The notes under the pieces: model-generated | The model's database searches: none | Told to the model about the DNA's origin: nothing | What the model saw: only the letters and a program-made list of their open reading frames with translations | Program-made: the position numbers and the translations under genes | In this document: one piece after another, positions 9,684-20,316 of the stretch | Layout: each line of letters opens with the position of its first letter | How positions within the stretch are numbered: the first letter of the stretch is position 1 | NCBI GenBank assembly: GCA_965197905.1 | Contig: CBDAOB010000004.1 | Coordinates: 2,048,001 to 2,112,000, forward strand | Direction of reading: 5' to 3' | Length of the DNA: 64,000 nucleotides | Origin: Candidatus Latescibacterota bacterium | GTDB lineage: Bacteria > Latescibacterota > UBA2968 > UBA8231

Positions 9684-10580
9684 ATGGCCATACTCCTTCT
9701 ATTTTCAGTCCTTTGCTGCACTCTGAGCGGATGCGAACTCCGCTCAACGGATGCGTTTATAGAGCAGCTTGGTAGCGGAGACTCCAACGTGCGCCAGAAG
9801 GCGGCGATGGAGCTGTTGCGCCGCGGACCCGTGGTCCTTCCCGCGCTCATCCAAGAGTTGGAGTCCGAGCGTTCGCAGGTGCGGTACATCGTGGTGCAGA
9901 TTTTGGGCAAGATATCCGAACCTGAGGCCGTCGACGCCCTTATATCCTCCCTCGACGACCGATCGCCTGAGGTGGCAGGCAAAGCGGCCGAATCTCTTGC
10001 CGAGCACGGCAGTCCGTTGGCGCTGCCGGCTCTACTCGGTTACGCCGACCACACCACGACGCTGCGACGCAGCCGGGCGATCCGGGCTTTGGGATTCTGC
10101 CATTCCTACGAAGAGGAACCGGAGCTCAGCGACTCGGCGCACCGCAGAATAGTCTCGGCGCTCAACGATACGGCGTCCGAGGTCCGCATCGCTGCAATTG
10201 AAGCAGTAAGAGAGTTCGGTTTTAAAGAGGCGGCTCCTCCGCTGATTCGATTGAGTCACGACCCGGCTCCGGAGGTACGGCACGTTGCGGTTCAGGCGTT
10301 GGGCCAGATTTTGACCGGCGTGGCGCCGAACTCGGAACTGGTCGGACCCACGACACGAGACCGGATCTTCACGATTCTCGTTGAAGCGCTGGATGAGCCC
10401 GATTTCAAGAGCATACGAGCCAAGGCGATGCGCGCGCTGGGGCAGATCGGAGATAGGCGGGCGATTCCCCATCTGCAGCGCATGTTGAGCGAGGGAGATG
10501 AGTCGGATCAAAGAGAGGCGGGGTGGGCTCTGGAACAGCTGCAACGAGCAAACGACGCGAGCACAACAATCAACGGTTGA
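9684..10580 (+). CDS. HEAT-repeat protein, probable lipoprotein
   Basis: Lipobox-like LLFSVLCCTLSG-C; PBS-lyase-type HEAT repeats (VRQKAAMEL, VRIAAIEAV, VRHVAVQALG, IRAKAMRALGQIGD). Confidence 0.8.
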   Translation: MAILLLFSVLCCTLSGCELRSTDAFIEQLGSGDSNVRQKAAMELLRRGPVVLPALIQELESERSQVRYIVVQILGKISEPEAVDALISSLDDRSPEVAGKAAESLAEHGSPLALPALLGYADHTTTLRRSRAIRALGFCHSYEEEPELSDSAHRRIVSALNDTASEVRIAAIEAVREFGFKEAAPPLIRLSHDPAPEVRHVAVQALGQILTGVAPNSELVGPTTRDRIFTILVEALDEPDFKSIRAKAMRALGQIGDRRAIPHLQRMLSEGDESDQREAGWALEQLQRANDASTTING

Positions 10581-11464
10581 TGGCAATGAAGACGCTGAGA
10601 ATCGGGTTTCCTTCGGGAAGTCTCCAAGACTCCACATTTAATCTTTTCGCCAGAGCGGGTTACAAGGTTCGCCTCGCCTCGAGATCCTACGTGCCCCAAA
10701 TCGACGATCCCGAGCTTGAAGGACTCATGTTCCGCAGCCAGGAGATCGCCAAATACGTCGCTCGAGGTGTGGTCGATGTAGGTTTCACCGGCAAAGACTG
10801 GATCATCGAAAACGGTGTCGATGTGGAGGAACTCGGTGAACTCGTCTACAGCAAATCTACCTCGAATCCGGTAAAGTGGGTTATCGCGGTACCAGAAGAC
10901 TCGGAGATAACCTCGGTCGCCGACCTTCAGGGCAAGAGAATAGCCACGGAGCTCGTCGGTGTTACGCGAGCCTACCTCGCTGAACACGGCGTTGATGCGG
11001 AGGTCGAATTTTCATGGGGGACCACCGAGGCGAAGCCCGGCATTCCCGGGCTTGTCGATGCCATCGTCGAACTCACGGAGACAGGATCGTCTTTGCGAGC
11101 AAACCGTCTGCGTATCATCGACACCCTGTTTGAGTCGACCACGCGGTTCATCGCCAACAAGCAGTCGTGGACGGACTCCTGGAAGAGAGAGAAAGCGAAG
11201 AATCTCCTGCTTCTGGTTCGCGGTGCGTTGGAGGCAGAAGCGAAAGTTGGTTTGAAGATGAATGTCCCGCGAACAAAGTTGGACACGCTGATCGCTGCGC
11301 TGCCGGCTCTGCACACCCCGACTATCTCGAATCAACTTGATGACGATTGGGTGGCGCTGGAGATCATTACCGATGAGAAGGTCGTGCGCGAGTTGATCCC
11401 CCAGCTCAAGAAAAGTGGGGCCGAGGGGATCATCGAGTATCCGTTGAACAAAGTTGTCTTTTGA
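10580..11464 (+). CDS. hisG: ATP phosphoribosyltransferase (long form)
   Basis: LRIGFPSGSLQ, RSQEIAKYV, DVGFTGKDW, EFSWGTTEAK, DAIVELTETGSSL and a C-terminal regulatory domain; start 10580 or 10586. Confidence 0.95.
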   Translation: MAMKTLRIGFPSGSLQDSTFNLFARAGYKVRLASRSYVPQIDDPELEGLMFRSQEIAKYVARGVVDVGFTGKDWIIENGVDVEELGELVYSKSTSNPVKWVIAVPEDSEITSVADLQGKRIATELVGVTRAYLAEHGVDAEVEFSWGTTEAKPGIPGLVDAIVELTETGSSLRANRLRIIDTLFESTTRFIANKQSWTDSWKREKAKNLLLLVRGALEAEAKVGLKMNVPRTKLDTLIAALPALHTPTISNQLDDDWVALEIITDEKVVRELIPQLKKSGAEGIIEYPLNKVVF

Positions 11465-12774
11465 TGATCGAAATCCTCGAGTTTCCCGCCGAGCAGATGC
11501 CGCCCAAACTGGCGGCCATTCTCGACCGCAGGAGCGGTTTTTCAGAAGAGGTTCAAACGTCTGTTCACGAGATCTTGGTCAATGTTCGCGCCCGTGGCGA
11601 CGAGGCGGTAGGCGAGTACACCCAAACGTTCGACTGCGTCGAGGTGGAGGTGGGGGGATTTCGCGTTCCGTCCGTTGAGCTGGAGCGGGCGGCCGCTCGG
11701 ATGGATCCCAAGCTAACGAAGGCGTTGGAGGAAGCGAGGGATAACATACGCCGCTTTCACGAGCGTCAACTGGAAAAATCCTGGTTTGTAGAGGACGGCG
11801 ACGGCGTTATTCTGGGAAAGAAAGTCACCCCGATTGGACGAGTGGGAATCTGTGTGCCGGGGGGCCAGGCGCCCCTGATCTCGACCCTGTTGATGACCGC
11901 CATTCCCGCTCAGGTTGCCGGCGTTGAAGAGATTTGCGCCGTATCCCCACCTCGCGATGGTCAATTTCCCCACCCCGATATTCTCGGTGCGGCGCATCTT
12001 TTGGGTTTGACCGAGGTTTATGGCATTGGAGGTGCCCAGGCCGTGGGCGCGCTGGCATACGGTACCCAGTCAGTAGCCGCCGTCGACAAGATCGTCGGAC
12101 CCGGCAACGCCTACACCGTCGCTGCCAAGAAGCAAGTGTACGGCATCGTAGGAATCGAAATGATGCCCGGCCCCTCGGAAATCGTCGTGCTGACCGATGG
12201 CAGCGGAGATCCCCGCTTCATCGCCGCCGACCTGCTAGCCCAGGCCGAGCACGGTTCAGGCATGGAGGCGACGATCTGTGTGACCACCAGTGCCGAGTTG
12301 GGCAAGCAAGTGCAACAGCAGATCGAGGAGCAGCTAGGCAACCTTTCCGCGCCCGAAAGGATGACCACCGCACTCGACGCGTACGGCGCCATAATCGTTG
12401 TCCCCGAGCTGCAACACGGTCTCGATCTCGTAAACCGTCTCGCCCCCGAACACGTTGAACTCATGGTCGATGACCCGTGGGTCTGTCTTGAAGGGATCAA
12501 GAATGCCGGAGCTGTTTTCCTGGGAGACGCCTCTCCGGAATCGGTGGGGGATTATTACGCCGGCACGAATCACGTAATTCCCACCAACGGGGCCGCCCGT
12601 TACTCCTCTTCCCTGGGGGTAGGTGATTTCGTCAAGACAACCAGCGTCGTCGCCTATACCCAGCAACGGTTGGATCGTGTCGGCGATTCCATTATCCGTT
12701 TGGCCCGCGCCGAGAATCTGGAGGCTCACGCTGCCTCAGTGGAGCTTCGAATGAACGGTCAGGAGCGCAGCTGA
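11464..12774 (+). CDS. hisD: Histidinol dehydrogenase
   Basis: VPGG..PLISTLLM, GGAQAVGALAYG, VDKIVGPGN, GPSEI, AQAEH, APEH, GDYYAGTNHVIPT. Confidence 0.96.
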   Translation: MIEILEFPAEQMPPKLAAILDRRSGFSEEVQTSVHEILVNVRARGDEAVGEYTQTFDCVEVEVGGFRVPSVELERAAARMDPKLTKALEEARDNIRRFHERQLEKSWFVEDGDGVILGKKVTPIGRVGICVPGGQAPLISTLLMTAIPAQVAGVEEICAVSPPRDGQFPHPDILGAAHLLGLTEVYGIGGAQAVGALAYGTQSVAAVDKIVGPGNAYTVAAKKQVYGIVGIEMMPGPSEIVVLTDGSGDPRFIAADLLAQAEHGSGMEATICVTTSAELGKQVQQQIEEQLGNLSAPERMTTALDAYGAIIVVPELQHGLDLVNRLAPEHVELMVDDPWVCLEGIKNAGAVFLGDASPESVGDYYAGTNHVIPTNGAARYSSSLGVGDFVKTTSVVAYTQQRLDRVGDSIIRLARAENLEAHAASVELRMNGQERS

Positions 12775-13370
12775 TGACTTCAAACCAAAGATCTGCCTCC
12801 ATTCGCCGCGAGACTTCTGAGACCGCCATTCAGCTGGATCTCAATCTCGATGGCAGCGGCCAGGGTGACAGCCAAACAGGAATCGGATTCTTCGACCACA
12901 TGCTTGCCGCGTTTTCGCGTCACGGCCTTTTCGACCTGCGGGTCCGGTGCGACGGGGATTTGGAGATCGACGCACACCATACAGTGGAGGATGTCGGCAT
13001 TTGCCTGGGGAAGGCAATCGAAGACGCTTTAGGCGACAAAGCCGGTATTGAACGTTTCGGTTCCAGCTACGTTCCGATGGACGAGGCGTTGGCCCGAGCG
13101 GTCGTCGACCTGTCCGGAAGGCCGTATTTGGCCATGAACGCGGTATTCCAGGACACCCAGGTGGGTGAGCTTCCCGTAACTCTGGTGCGCGAGTTTTTCC
13201 GGGCCGTCGCCGACCATGGCAGAGTCACCCTCCATCTCGATCTATTGCGTTGCACCAACGATCATCATGGCATCGAGGCCATCTTCAAGGCATGCAGTCG
13301 GTCTCTGGATGTGGCGACTCGCCGATCCGATCGCGTGCAGGGGATTCCATCCACCAAGGGAAGCCTGTAG
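12774..13370 (+). CDS. hisB: Imidazoleglycerol-phosphate dehydratase
   Basis: TGIGFFDHML, DAHHTVEDVG, PMDEAL, NDHHGIEAIFK, PSTKGSL. Confidence 0.96.
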   Translation: MTSNQRSASIRRETSETAIQLDLNLDGSGQGDSQTGIGFFDHMLAAFSRHGLFDLRVRCDGDLEIDAHHTVEDVGICLGKAIEDALGDKAGIERFGSSYVPMDEALARAVVDLSGRPYLAMNAVFQDTQVGELPVTLVREFFRAVADHGRVTLHLDLLRCTNDHHGIEAIFKACSRSLDVATRRSDRVQGIPSTKGSL

Positions 13371-13399
13371 ATCGCACCAACCCAGCCAGGCAGCTCCAG

Positions 13400-14527
13400 A
13401 TGAAGATCTGTCATCTCATCTACGATGACGTCAACAATCCCTGGCTCGGGGGTGGTGGGGCAGTGCGCGCCTGGGAAATCTATCGCAGACTGGCCGCCGA
13501 TCACGAGATCACCCTCGTGACGGGCAAGTTTCCCGGAGGCGGCGACGAACAGCGGATAGACGGGGTTCGAATTCTCAGGGTCGGCAGCGACAAGAGTTAT
13601 TCTCGCAGCCGCCTGGCCTACTGCCGGCAGGCGGTTGGTCGTCTTCGATCACTCGAGTGGGATGTGTGGGTCCACGAATTTTCCGCCTTCGCTCCGTTGC
13701 GCGTGCCTCCTAAACTGAGAGATCTAAGCATCCTGTTTTTCTATCACTTTGTGGGTGCCCACGCGCTCCGTAAACATCCTCTTGTCGGTGCGATTTCCTG
13801 GCTGGCTGAATACCGAACCCTGCGCAGCTACCGGCGCATCCTTACGATTTCACCCAGCATGCAGGAAACGGTCAAGGCCAAACTGGGCCGGCGTAGCGTC
13901 GACCTTTCGTGCGAGTACACGGGAATCGACTCGCGCTATTTCGAGCTGAATCCGGAGGAGAAGGGCTACCTTCTCTACCTTGGTCGGACCGATATCCACA
14001 CCAAGGGACTCGACGTGCTGGTGCGCTCTTTTGCGCGAATCGCGCCGGACTACCCCGGCCTCACACTGAAGATGGCGGGGCGCGGGACCCATCAAACGAC
14101 GAGGGCGCTAGAGAAGTTGATCTCCGAGGCCAACGTCGGTGACCGCGTTGAGCTCGAAGGCGCTGTCGACGACCGCCGCAAGGGCGAGCTCCTGCGGCGA
14201 GCGATGTTCGTCTGCGCCCCGTCGAGGTACGAAGGTTGGTGTATTGTTGCCGTCGAGGCGGCTGCCTGCGGCAAGGCGGTGTTGGGCACCCGAATTGACG
14301 GGCTGCGAGACGCCGTGCGTGAGGACGAAACGGGGGTGCTGGTCAAATCGGGAGATGTTGCCGAGCTGGAGACGGGGATGCGACGATTGCTCGACGACGT
14401 GGATCTTCGCAACGCCTGCGGGCGTCGGGGGCGGGAATGGGCTCGTCGCTTCGATTGGGACAGTATCGCCCAACGACAGGGAGCGATACTTGAATCAGCT
14501 GCCGACGAGAATCGTAGCGTGCCGTAG
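13400..14527 (+). CDS. Glycosyltransferase family 4
   Basis: N-terminal GGG motif, YLGR...KGLD and EX7E motif (YEGWCIVAVEA), ETGVLV. Start at ATG 13400 (MKICHLIYD). Confidence 0.88.
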   Translation: MKICHLIYDDVNNPWLGGGGAVRAWEIYRRLAADHEITLVTGKFPGGGDEQRIDGVRILRVGSDKSYSRSRLAYCRQAVGRLRSLEWDVWVHEFSAFAPLRVPPKLRDLSILFFYHFVGAHALRKHPLVGAISWLAEYRTLRSYRRILTISPSMQETVKAKLGRRSVDLSCEYTGIDSRYFELNPEEKGYLLYLGRTDIHTKGLDVLVRSFARIAPDYPGLTLKMAGRGTHQTTRALEKLISEANVGDRVELEGAVDDRRKGELLRRAMFVCAPSRYEGWCIVAVEAAACGKAVLGTRIDGLRDAVREDETGVLVKSGDVAELETGMRRLLDDVDLRNACGRRGREWARRFDWDSIAQRQGAILESAADENRSVP

Positions 14528-14586
14528 GACAACGTTCGTGCAGCAAGGGACGGCGAGAACATCCGACTTGATTCTTCGATTCGAAA

Positions 14587-17088
14587 ATGGCAAAAAAACG
14601 CAAACCCAAAACGACTGATTCAGAGGAACCGGTAGGCGAGGCCACCCATTTCTGGCAGGCGACATGGTTTCCGGCAATCCTGTTCCTTCTGGTCAGTCTG
14701 GCCTACTTCTCCGAGTTCGTTCTTTCCGAGAAGGTGATCTACGGTTCGGACATCGGCGAAGACTTTCACAAGGGGAAAGAGGGGTTTTTCGAGAAGCTGT
14801 CGAAGATCCCTCAACCCATGTGGCACCAACAGATGGGCGGTTTCCCGCAATCGGACGAGATCCGCCCACAGTATTTCCCGTCGCACCTGATCTATCTTTT
14901 TACCACCTACCAGCGCCATATCGGATGGCGCTACATCCTCACGGTTTTCCTGGCCGCTTGCGGCATGTATCTCTACCTGAGGGGAATCGGAGTCAGTCGC
15001 TGGGCGGCGATCTGGTGCGGCATCGCCTATATGTCCGCGCCAACCCTCCTCGCCTTTACCTATGCCGGCCACTACGCCAAGATGGCGGTAATCGCCTTGT
15101 TCCCGTTCATGTGCCATTTCCTCGATCGGGGCATGAATTCCGGACGTCTCCGACATTTCCTGGCGCTGGGAATCATGATCGCACTGGGGATCTATTCGCC
15201 ACACACCCAGATGGTGTTCTATGCGTTGTGCGCCCTGGGTCTCTACTTCCTTTTCCGCGCCGGTCTGCATTACCGGTGCGAAGGGGAATGGAAGCCGATT
15301 CTCCAACGCACCGGACTGTTCGCCGTCGCCATCGCCGTCGGTCTTGGTCTAGGTGCGGAAGGGTTCCTCCCGTCCTATCTGCACGCCAAGCAAGATTCGA
15401 AGCGTGCTGCCGAATCGGGAGGTCCGGCGAAATCCGCTGACGAGCAGCTTGCTTTCGCCCGCAGCTGGTCTCTGCATCCGGAGGAAGTGGGTTCGCTGGT
15501 CGTCCCGGAGTTCGGCGGATTCTTCGACCCGAAGTCCAGGTCCAACTACTACTGGGGACGCAACTATGCGAAACTCAATTCTGAGTATTTCGGGGTGCTC
15601 GTCCTGATCCTGGCAGTGGCGATGGGGCCGTCGTTGAAACGAAATCCTCTGGTAGCATTCATGGCCGGCCTGTTGCTGTTGGTGTTGGCGTTTGCCCTGG
15701 GCGAGCACACCCCTGTTCACTGGCTCGCCTACCACCTCATTCCAGGATTTAACGTTCTGCGCACGATCGGAATGAGTGCATTCCTGTGTGCTTTTGCGGC
15801 CTGTGCCCTCGCCGCTTTCGCGTTGGACCGCCTGTTGAAGGACGATCCGGAGCCGCAGACCCAAAAACACGTCCTGATAGCCGGTTCATCGATTACCGCC
15901 ACTGCTCTGCTACTTGCGCTGGCGCCCGAAGGCATGACCGGTCTTTGGAAAGCGCTGGTTTATCCGGAAATCACCGCGGACAAGGAGCAGGTCCTGCAAC
16001 TGAGTTATGGTTGGCTTGCGCGCGGCGCCCTTTTCGTGACACTGGTGGCCGGATGCGGCACGCTGCTTTTGTATCTGCGGACCAAACAGATCATCGGCAC
16101 CGCGCTGCTCGTGGTTGTCTTGAGCGGGCTGGCGATCTTCGATGGCTGGCGCATAAGCCGGATCTTTCTGAAGTACGAAGATCCCCGGCGCTACGCCGAT
16201 ATCCGGACCGAAAACCGAGAGCTGCGGAGTCTGCTCAATAGCCGCTCCGAACCTTACCGAGTCCTTCCGCTGCCCGACTACGACCTCTTGAGCCAGCCCG
16301 GATTCGGGCTCCACGAGGTCAACATGGTGACTGGATTCCACAATTTTACGTTGCAGCGATATGATCGGCTCCTAAGGTACTTCCTCCCTACGACCGATCT
16401 GTTCCGCCGGAAGTATTACGCCGGTCAGAAGGTTCGCTACAGCAACGAAGAACTGGTCAACACCCTGCAACCGCTACTGAATTTCACCAACGTCCGATAC
16501 ATCGTTTGCCGTAGAGACGTCGCGATCAACTCCGAGTTTTACCCTGAGATATACGCCGATCGAAGATTCAGGGTTTACGAGAACCCCGCGGCATTGCCCT
16601 GGTTCTATCTGGTCCCCGCCTATCGCGTAGAGACGGAGGGCCACCGAATCGTCGAGCAGCTGGTGACGGGCACCGTGGATCCCCGGCGCGAGGTTGTTCT
16701 CGAGCAGGAGGTGCCATCCTTCGAGCAAGGTTTGACGCTCGACCCCGGGGACGATCTCATCCAAACCAGGGATTACGACCCGCAAGGGGGCCGGATTGTC
16801 CTCGATGTCGAATGCCGGAGCCCACGCATACTCGTCATATCGGACAACTTCCATCCGAATTGGCGGGCACAGATCGACGGCGAAGACGCCCCAATACTCC
16901 GCGCCAACTACGTATGGAAGGCGATCTACGTTCCCGCTGGACACCATACCGTCCAACTGACCTACCGCTCAGACGTTCTCGTCGTCTCCCGGATTATCAG
17001 TGCTACGACCCTCTTGCTGCTTGGAGGGTTCGGAATTTTTGAGATTCGACGTTACCGCCGAGTGGAAACAACCGGTTTGCCGGCATGA
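14587..17088 (+). CDS. YfhO-family polytopic membrane protein (GT-C type glycosyltransferase)
   Basis: Many TM segments and a C-terminal periplasmic domain with LVISDNFHPNWRAQIDG...ILRANYVWKAIYVPAGHHTVQLTY, typical of YfhO. Confidence 0.82.
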   Translation: MAKKRKPKTTDSEEPVGEATHFWQATWFPAILFLLVSLAYFSEFVLSEKVIYGSDIGEDFHKGKEGFFEKLSKIPQPMWHQQMGGFPQSDEIRPQYFPSHLIYLFTTYQRHIGWRYILTVFLAACGMYLYLRGIGVSRWAAIWCGIAYMSAPTLLAFTYAGHYAKMAVIALFPFMCHFLDRGMNSGRLRHFLALGIMIALGIYSPHTQMVFYALCALGLYFLFRAGLHYRCEGEWKPILQRTGLFAVAIAVGLGLGAEGFLPSYLHAKQDSKRAAESGGPAKSADEQLAFARSWSLHPEEVGSLVVPEFGGFFDPKSRSNYYWGRNYAKLNSEYFGVLVLILAVAMGPSLKRNPLVAFMAGLLLLVLAFALGEHTPVHWLAYHLIPGFNVLRTIGMSAFLCAFAACALAAFALDRLLKDDPEPQTQKHVLIAGSSITATALLLALAPEGMTGLWKALVYPEITADKEQVLQLSYGWLARGALFVTLVAGCGTLLLYLRTKQIIGTALLVVVLSGLAIFDGWRISRIFLKYEDPRRYADIRTENRELRSLLNSRSEPYRVLPLPDYDLLSQPGFGLHEVNMVTGFHNFTLQRYDRLLRYFLPTTDLFRRKYYAGQKVRYSNEELVNTLQPLLNFTNVRYIVCRRDVAINSEFYPEIYADRRFRVYENPAALPWFYLVPAYRVETEGHRIVEQLVTGTVDPRREVVLEQEVPSFEQGLTLDPGDDLIQTRDYDPQGGRIVLDVECRSPRILVISDNFHPNWRAQIDGEDAPILRANYVWKAIYVPAGHHTVQLTYRSDVLVVSRIISATTLLLLGGFGIFEIRRYRRVETTGLPA

Positions 17089-18572
17089 TCGGCGCCGCCA
17101 AGATCGTCAGGGGGTTCTTCTATACCCTTGGGGGCGGGTACGCGGCGCGGCTGAGCAGCGTACTGCTCACCGTCCTGATAACCCGCGAGCTCGGACCGAG
17201 CCGATTCACCGATGTCGTGGTCGGCGTAACCGTCTTCACCGTAGTTTCGAGCCTGCGCGAATTCGGTTTGATGCACGCCTTGCTGCACTTCCAGAACAAG
17301 ATCAGCGAGTTCCTGGGCACCCACTTTCTGCTGAACATCCTGTTGACCGCCGGCTCTACCTTGGTGAACAGCGTGCTGGCTTGGTTGTTGTTGGCGATCT
17401 TTCCGTCGCATTTCTCTCTCACATCCGCGTTGGTGGTATGGGTGTTCTCCGGCTTGAACCTGATCCGCAACGTGACCCTCACGTCCGAAGGTCTTCTGCG
17501 CATGGAGTTCGAATTCGGCCGCTTGGCGCTCTTCCACGGTGTCGGCACCATCCTCGCATTATCGTCCACGCTCCTTGCCGCGAAAGCAGGGTGGGAGGCA
17601 TCGAGCCTGATTCTTGGAGGCTGGTCCACCTTCTCCGTCCTGAGCGTCGTGTACGTGTTGTTCTTCTCAACGGCGACGTTATTGACCCGGCCGCTCGCAC
17701 TAGCCCAGCTGAATTTCGATTCGGCCTGGGCACGGCGTCTTCTGGCGTATGGGATATGGATTTGGATCGGCTGGGTGCTGCAAACTTTCATGTTGTGGTA
17801 CGACCGCCTGGTAATCTGGTGGGTGCTGGGCAAGGTCGATATGGCGCTTTACAATCACGCCATGTGGCTCGTCCAGATTCCGACGGCCGTCATCTCGCAC
17901 ATCATCTTTAGCTATACGAACGCTTTGTACTCGCGCTACAAAGACGATCGCGAGCATCTAGGTGAACTGTTCGGGAGAATGCTCCGGATAATCGTCCGCA
18001 TTTCTTCTCCGCTGGCACTGATTTTCGTTCTGAACGCGCATGAGTTGATGAGCCTCATGCCCAAATGGATCCACGCGGCCCCCATGGTCGTTTGGTTGGC
18101 CACGTTCGCGTTTGTGCGTCCACTCCTGGATGAAGGATTCGGTCTGCTGTGGGCGGTCGGCGCGACCCGGGTCTCCGCCGCGATCGTCGCGATTCAGGCG
18201 GCCCTGGCTTTGGTAGTGCTGCCGTCGTGCGCCGCAACGTGGGGTGTCGCCGGCGTCGCCTACGGCATGGGTGCGGTGACCCTGGTTGGTTTGATCGGGC
18301 TGATTACGGTCGTCCGCAGATTCCTGAAACTCGACTTGAAAAGTGTGTTTGTCGTGCCCGCACTCAGTTTGGGACTTGCAGCCCTCGCTGGCATTACCCT
18401 ATCCGGGCACTCACCCGAGTGGCCCTTCTTCGATTTCGTCGCTAAGGTTTGCTCGATATCGCTGGTATATGTGGCCGTGCTTGGAACGTTAGAACGCAAA
18501 GGCATCCGTGAGGGTTTTGAGCAACTGAAGCTGATCCTAGGACGTCCCCTTCAACCCCCGAACGAGAAATGA
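17085..18572 (+). CDS. Oligosaccharide flippase (Wzx/MOP family)
   Basis: About 12-14 TM helices; N-terminal ITRELGP..F..REFGL pattern; located in a glycan cluster. Confidence 0.75.
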   Translation: MIGAAKIVRGFFYTLGGGYAARLSSVLLTVLITRELGPSRFTDVVVGVTVFTVVSSLREFGLMHALLHFQNKISEFLGTHFLLNILLTAGSTLVNSVLAWLLLAIFPSHFSLTSALVVWVFSGLNLIRNVTLTSEGLLRMEFEFGRLALFHGVGTILALSSTLLAAKAGWEASSLILGGWSTFSVLSVVYVLFFSTATLLTRPLALAQLNFDSAWARRLLAYGIWIWIGWVLQTFMLWYDRLVIWWVLGKVDMALYNHAMWLVQIPTAVISHIIFSYTNALYSRYKDDREHLGELFGRMLRIIVRISSPLALIFVLNAHELMSLMPKWIHAAPMVVWLATFAFVRPLLDEGFGLLWAVGATRVSAAIVAIQAALALVVLPSCAATWGVAGVAYGMGAVTLVGLIGLITVVRRFLKLDLKSVFVVPALSLGLAALAGITLSGHSPEWPFFDFVAKVCSISLVYVAVLGTLERKGIREGFEQLKLILGRPLQPPNEK

Positions 18573-19216
18573 AGGGTTCCGAACTCCACACGCCTGGACA
18601 AGCGTATTACGCGCACACACGGCTTGAACTCATCTCGTTGCTGGACGGGGTTCCGGAAACCGTTCTCGAGGTCGGATGCGGGCGCGGCAATACCCTTCGC
18701 TATCTGAAGGGCCAGGGTGCCAGAGAGACCTTCGGGATCGAGCTGAACAGCAAGGTCGCGGAGGAAGCGATCGGCCAGGTGGATCACGTTGCCATTGGCG
18801 ACGTTGAATCGATGGAGTGGCCGTTTCCCGGCGCGCGGTTTGACTGCATCATTCTTGGTGATGTCTTGGAGCACCTCCGCGATCCTTGGGGTGTGGTAGA
18901 AACCCTCAAGGAATTACTTCGCGACGGTGGCCAGCTTGTTGCCAGCCTTCCCAACGTGCGTTTTTACGGGGTCTCCCTTCCGCTTCTCCTGAGAGGCAAG
19001 TGGACCTATACCGAGGAAGGAATTCTCGACCGCACGCATCTGCGATTTTTCACCCGCGGAAGCGCCATCCAACTATTTTCCGGAGCGGGGCTAAGGGTTC
19101 ATCACGTCGCTTCCACCTATGGTCCGAAGCGGCGCCTGTTCAACCTGTTGACTCTGGGCATCTTCCGAAATCACCTCGCCCGTCAGCACTTGATTCATGC
19201 GTACAAAGCCGAGTAA
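18569..19216 (+). CDS. Class I SAM-dependent methyltransferase (glycan-associated)
   Basis: VLEVGCGRG, FDCIILGDVLEHLRDP, GILDRTHLRFFT. Confidence 0.88.
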   Translation: MKGSELHTPGQAYYAHTRLELISLLDGVPETVLEVGCGRGNTLRYLKGQGARETFGIELNSKVAEEAIGQVDHVAIGDVESMEWPFPGARFDCIILGDVLEHLRDPWGVVETLKELLRDGGQLVASLPNVRFYGVSLPLLLRGKWTYTEEGILDRTHLRFFTRGSAIQLFSGAGLRVHHVASTYGPKRRLFNLLTLGIFRNHLARQHLIHAYKAE

Positions 19217-19276
19217 CGAGAAACCGACTTGCCATTCTAGTGAATCTGCTGAGTTGTGGAAGCCCACAGTAATCCG

Positions 19277-20056
19277 ATGATGCGCCCAACGCCGCGACTG
19301 ACCATTGTTATTGTCAGCTACAACACCTGCGACTGGTTGCAGAGATGCCTCCAGTCTGTAAGCCGGCAAGACGGTGTCGATGAGGTTGAGGTGATCGTCG
19401 TCGACAACGCGTCAAGCGATGGCAGCGGGGGAATGGTCCGCGAAGAATTTCCGCAGTTCGATCTGGTGCCGCTTGACTCGAATGCGGGATTCAGTAGAGC
19501 GAATAATTTGGGCGCTGCCCGCGGTGTTGCACCGATACTCCTTTTCTTGAACCCCGATACCGAGGTGCTCGACGGTTCCCTGGGAGCGATGCTTGCCCAC
19601 CTGGAATCGAACTCCCACTGGGATGTTGCCGGAGGCTTGGTCTACAATGAGGCCGGCGGAGTCGAGCGTTCCACAGGATCGTGGCCCACCTTATGGAGCC
19701 GAATCCTTGATGTATCGTTGGATTATGCGCCGCGGCGGATCGTAGATGCGTTAGAGTATAGGGCACACCGCAACCGAAAATTCGACTCCACGAGGAGGGT
19801 AGATTGGGTAACAGGGGCTTATCTGTGGATCCTCAGATCGGCCTTTGAGCAAATAGACGGGTTCGATCCGGACTTTTTCTACTACGACGACGTCGATCTC
19901 TGTTATCGGGTCCGAAAATCCGGCGGAACGGTATGGTTCATGTCTGCTGCCCCCATCATGCATTATAAGAATAAAGCCCCGGTTTCCTCGCGAGCACGGA
20001 AGGAAGCGCGAGTGAGGTCGATGAAAGCGTTCAAGAACAAACACTTCAGCATCTGA
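19277..20056 (+). CDS. Glycosyltransferase family 2 (WbbL/rhamnosyltransferase-like)
   Basis: IVIVSYNT, VVDNASSDGS, NAGFSRANN, FLNPD, DWVTGA, GFDPDFFYYDDVDLC. Confidence 0.88.
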   Translation: MMRPTPRLTIVIVSYNTCDWLQRCLQSVSRQDGVDEVEVIVVDNASSDGSGGMVREEFPQFDLVPLDSNAGFSRANNLGAARGVAPILLFLNPDTEVLDGSLGAMLAHLESNSHWDVAGGLVYNEAGGVERSTGSWPTLWSRILDVSLDYAPRRIVDALEYRAHRNRKFDSTRRVDWVTGAYLWILRSAFEQIDGFDPDFFYYDDVDLCYRVRKSGGTVWFMSAAPIMHYKNKAPVSSRARKEARVRSMKAFKNKHFSI

Positions 20057-20316
20057 TGTGCCACCCGTACGGTGCGTAAGCATTTGAAAGAGTTATGCTA
20101 AAATCCTGGAAGAGTTGGCTCCCTTTTCGACGGGAGGGAATGTCCCCCACGGATTTCTCCTGGTTGCCAAGATACTTTTTCCTTATGTTACAGCGTGTGA
20201 TTTGAGTTACTGTGGGCAACACCTGGTCGAGCTTGCCTTCATTCGGTTGGGAAACCGCGTATCTCGCAAGGGTGTGGACGGCTTAATTTTACTCCATTTT
20301 CGCGGGTAAAAAATGC

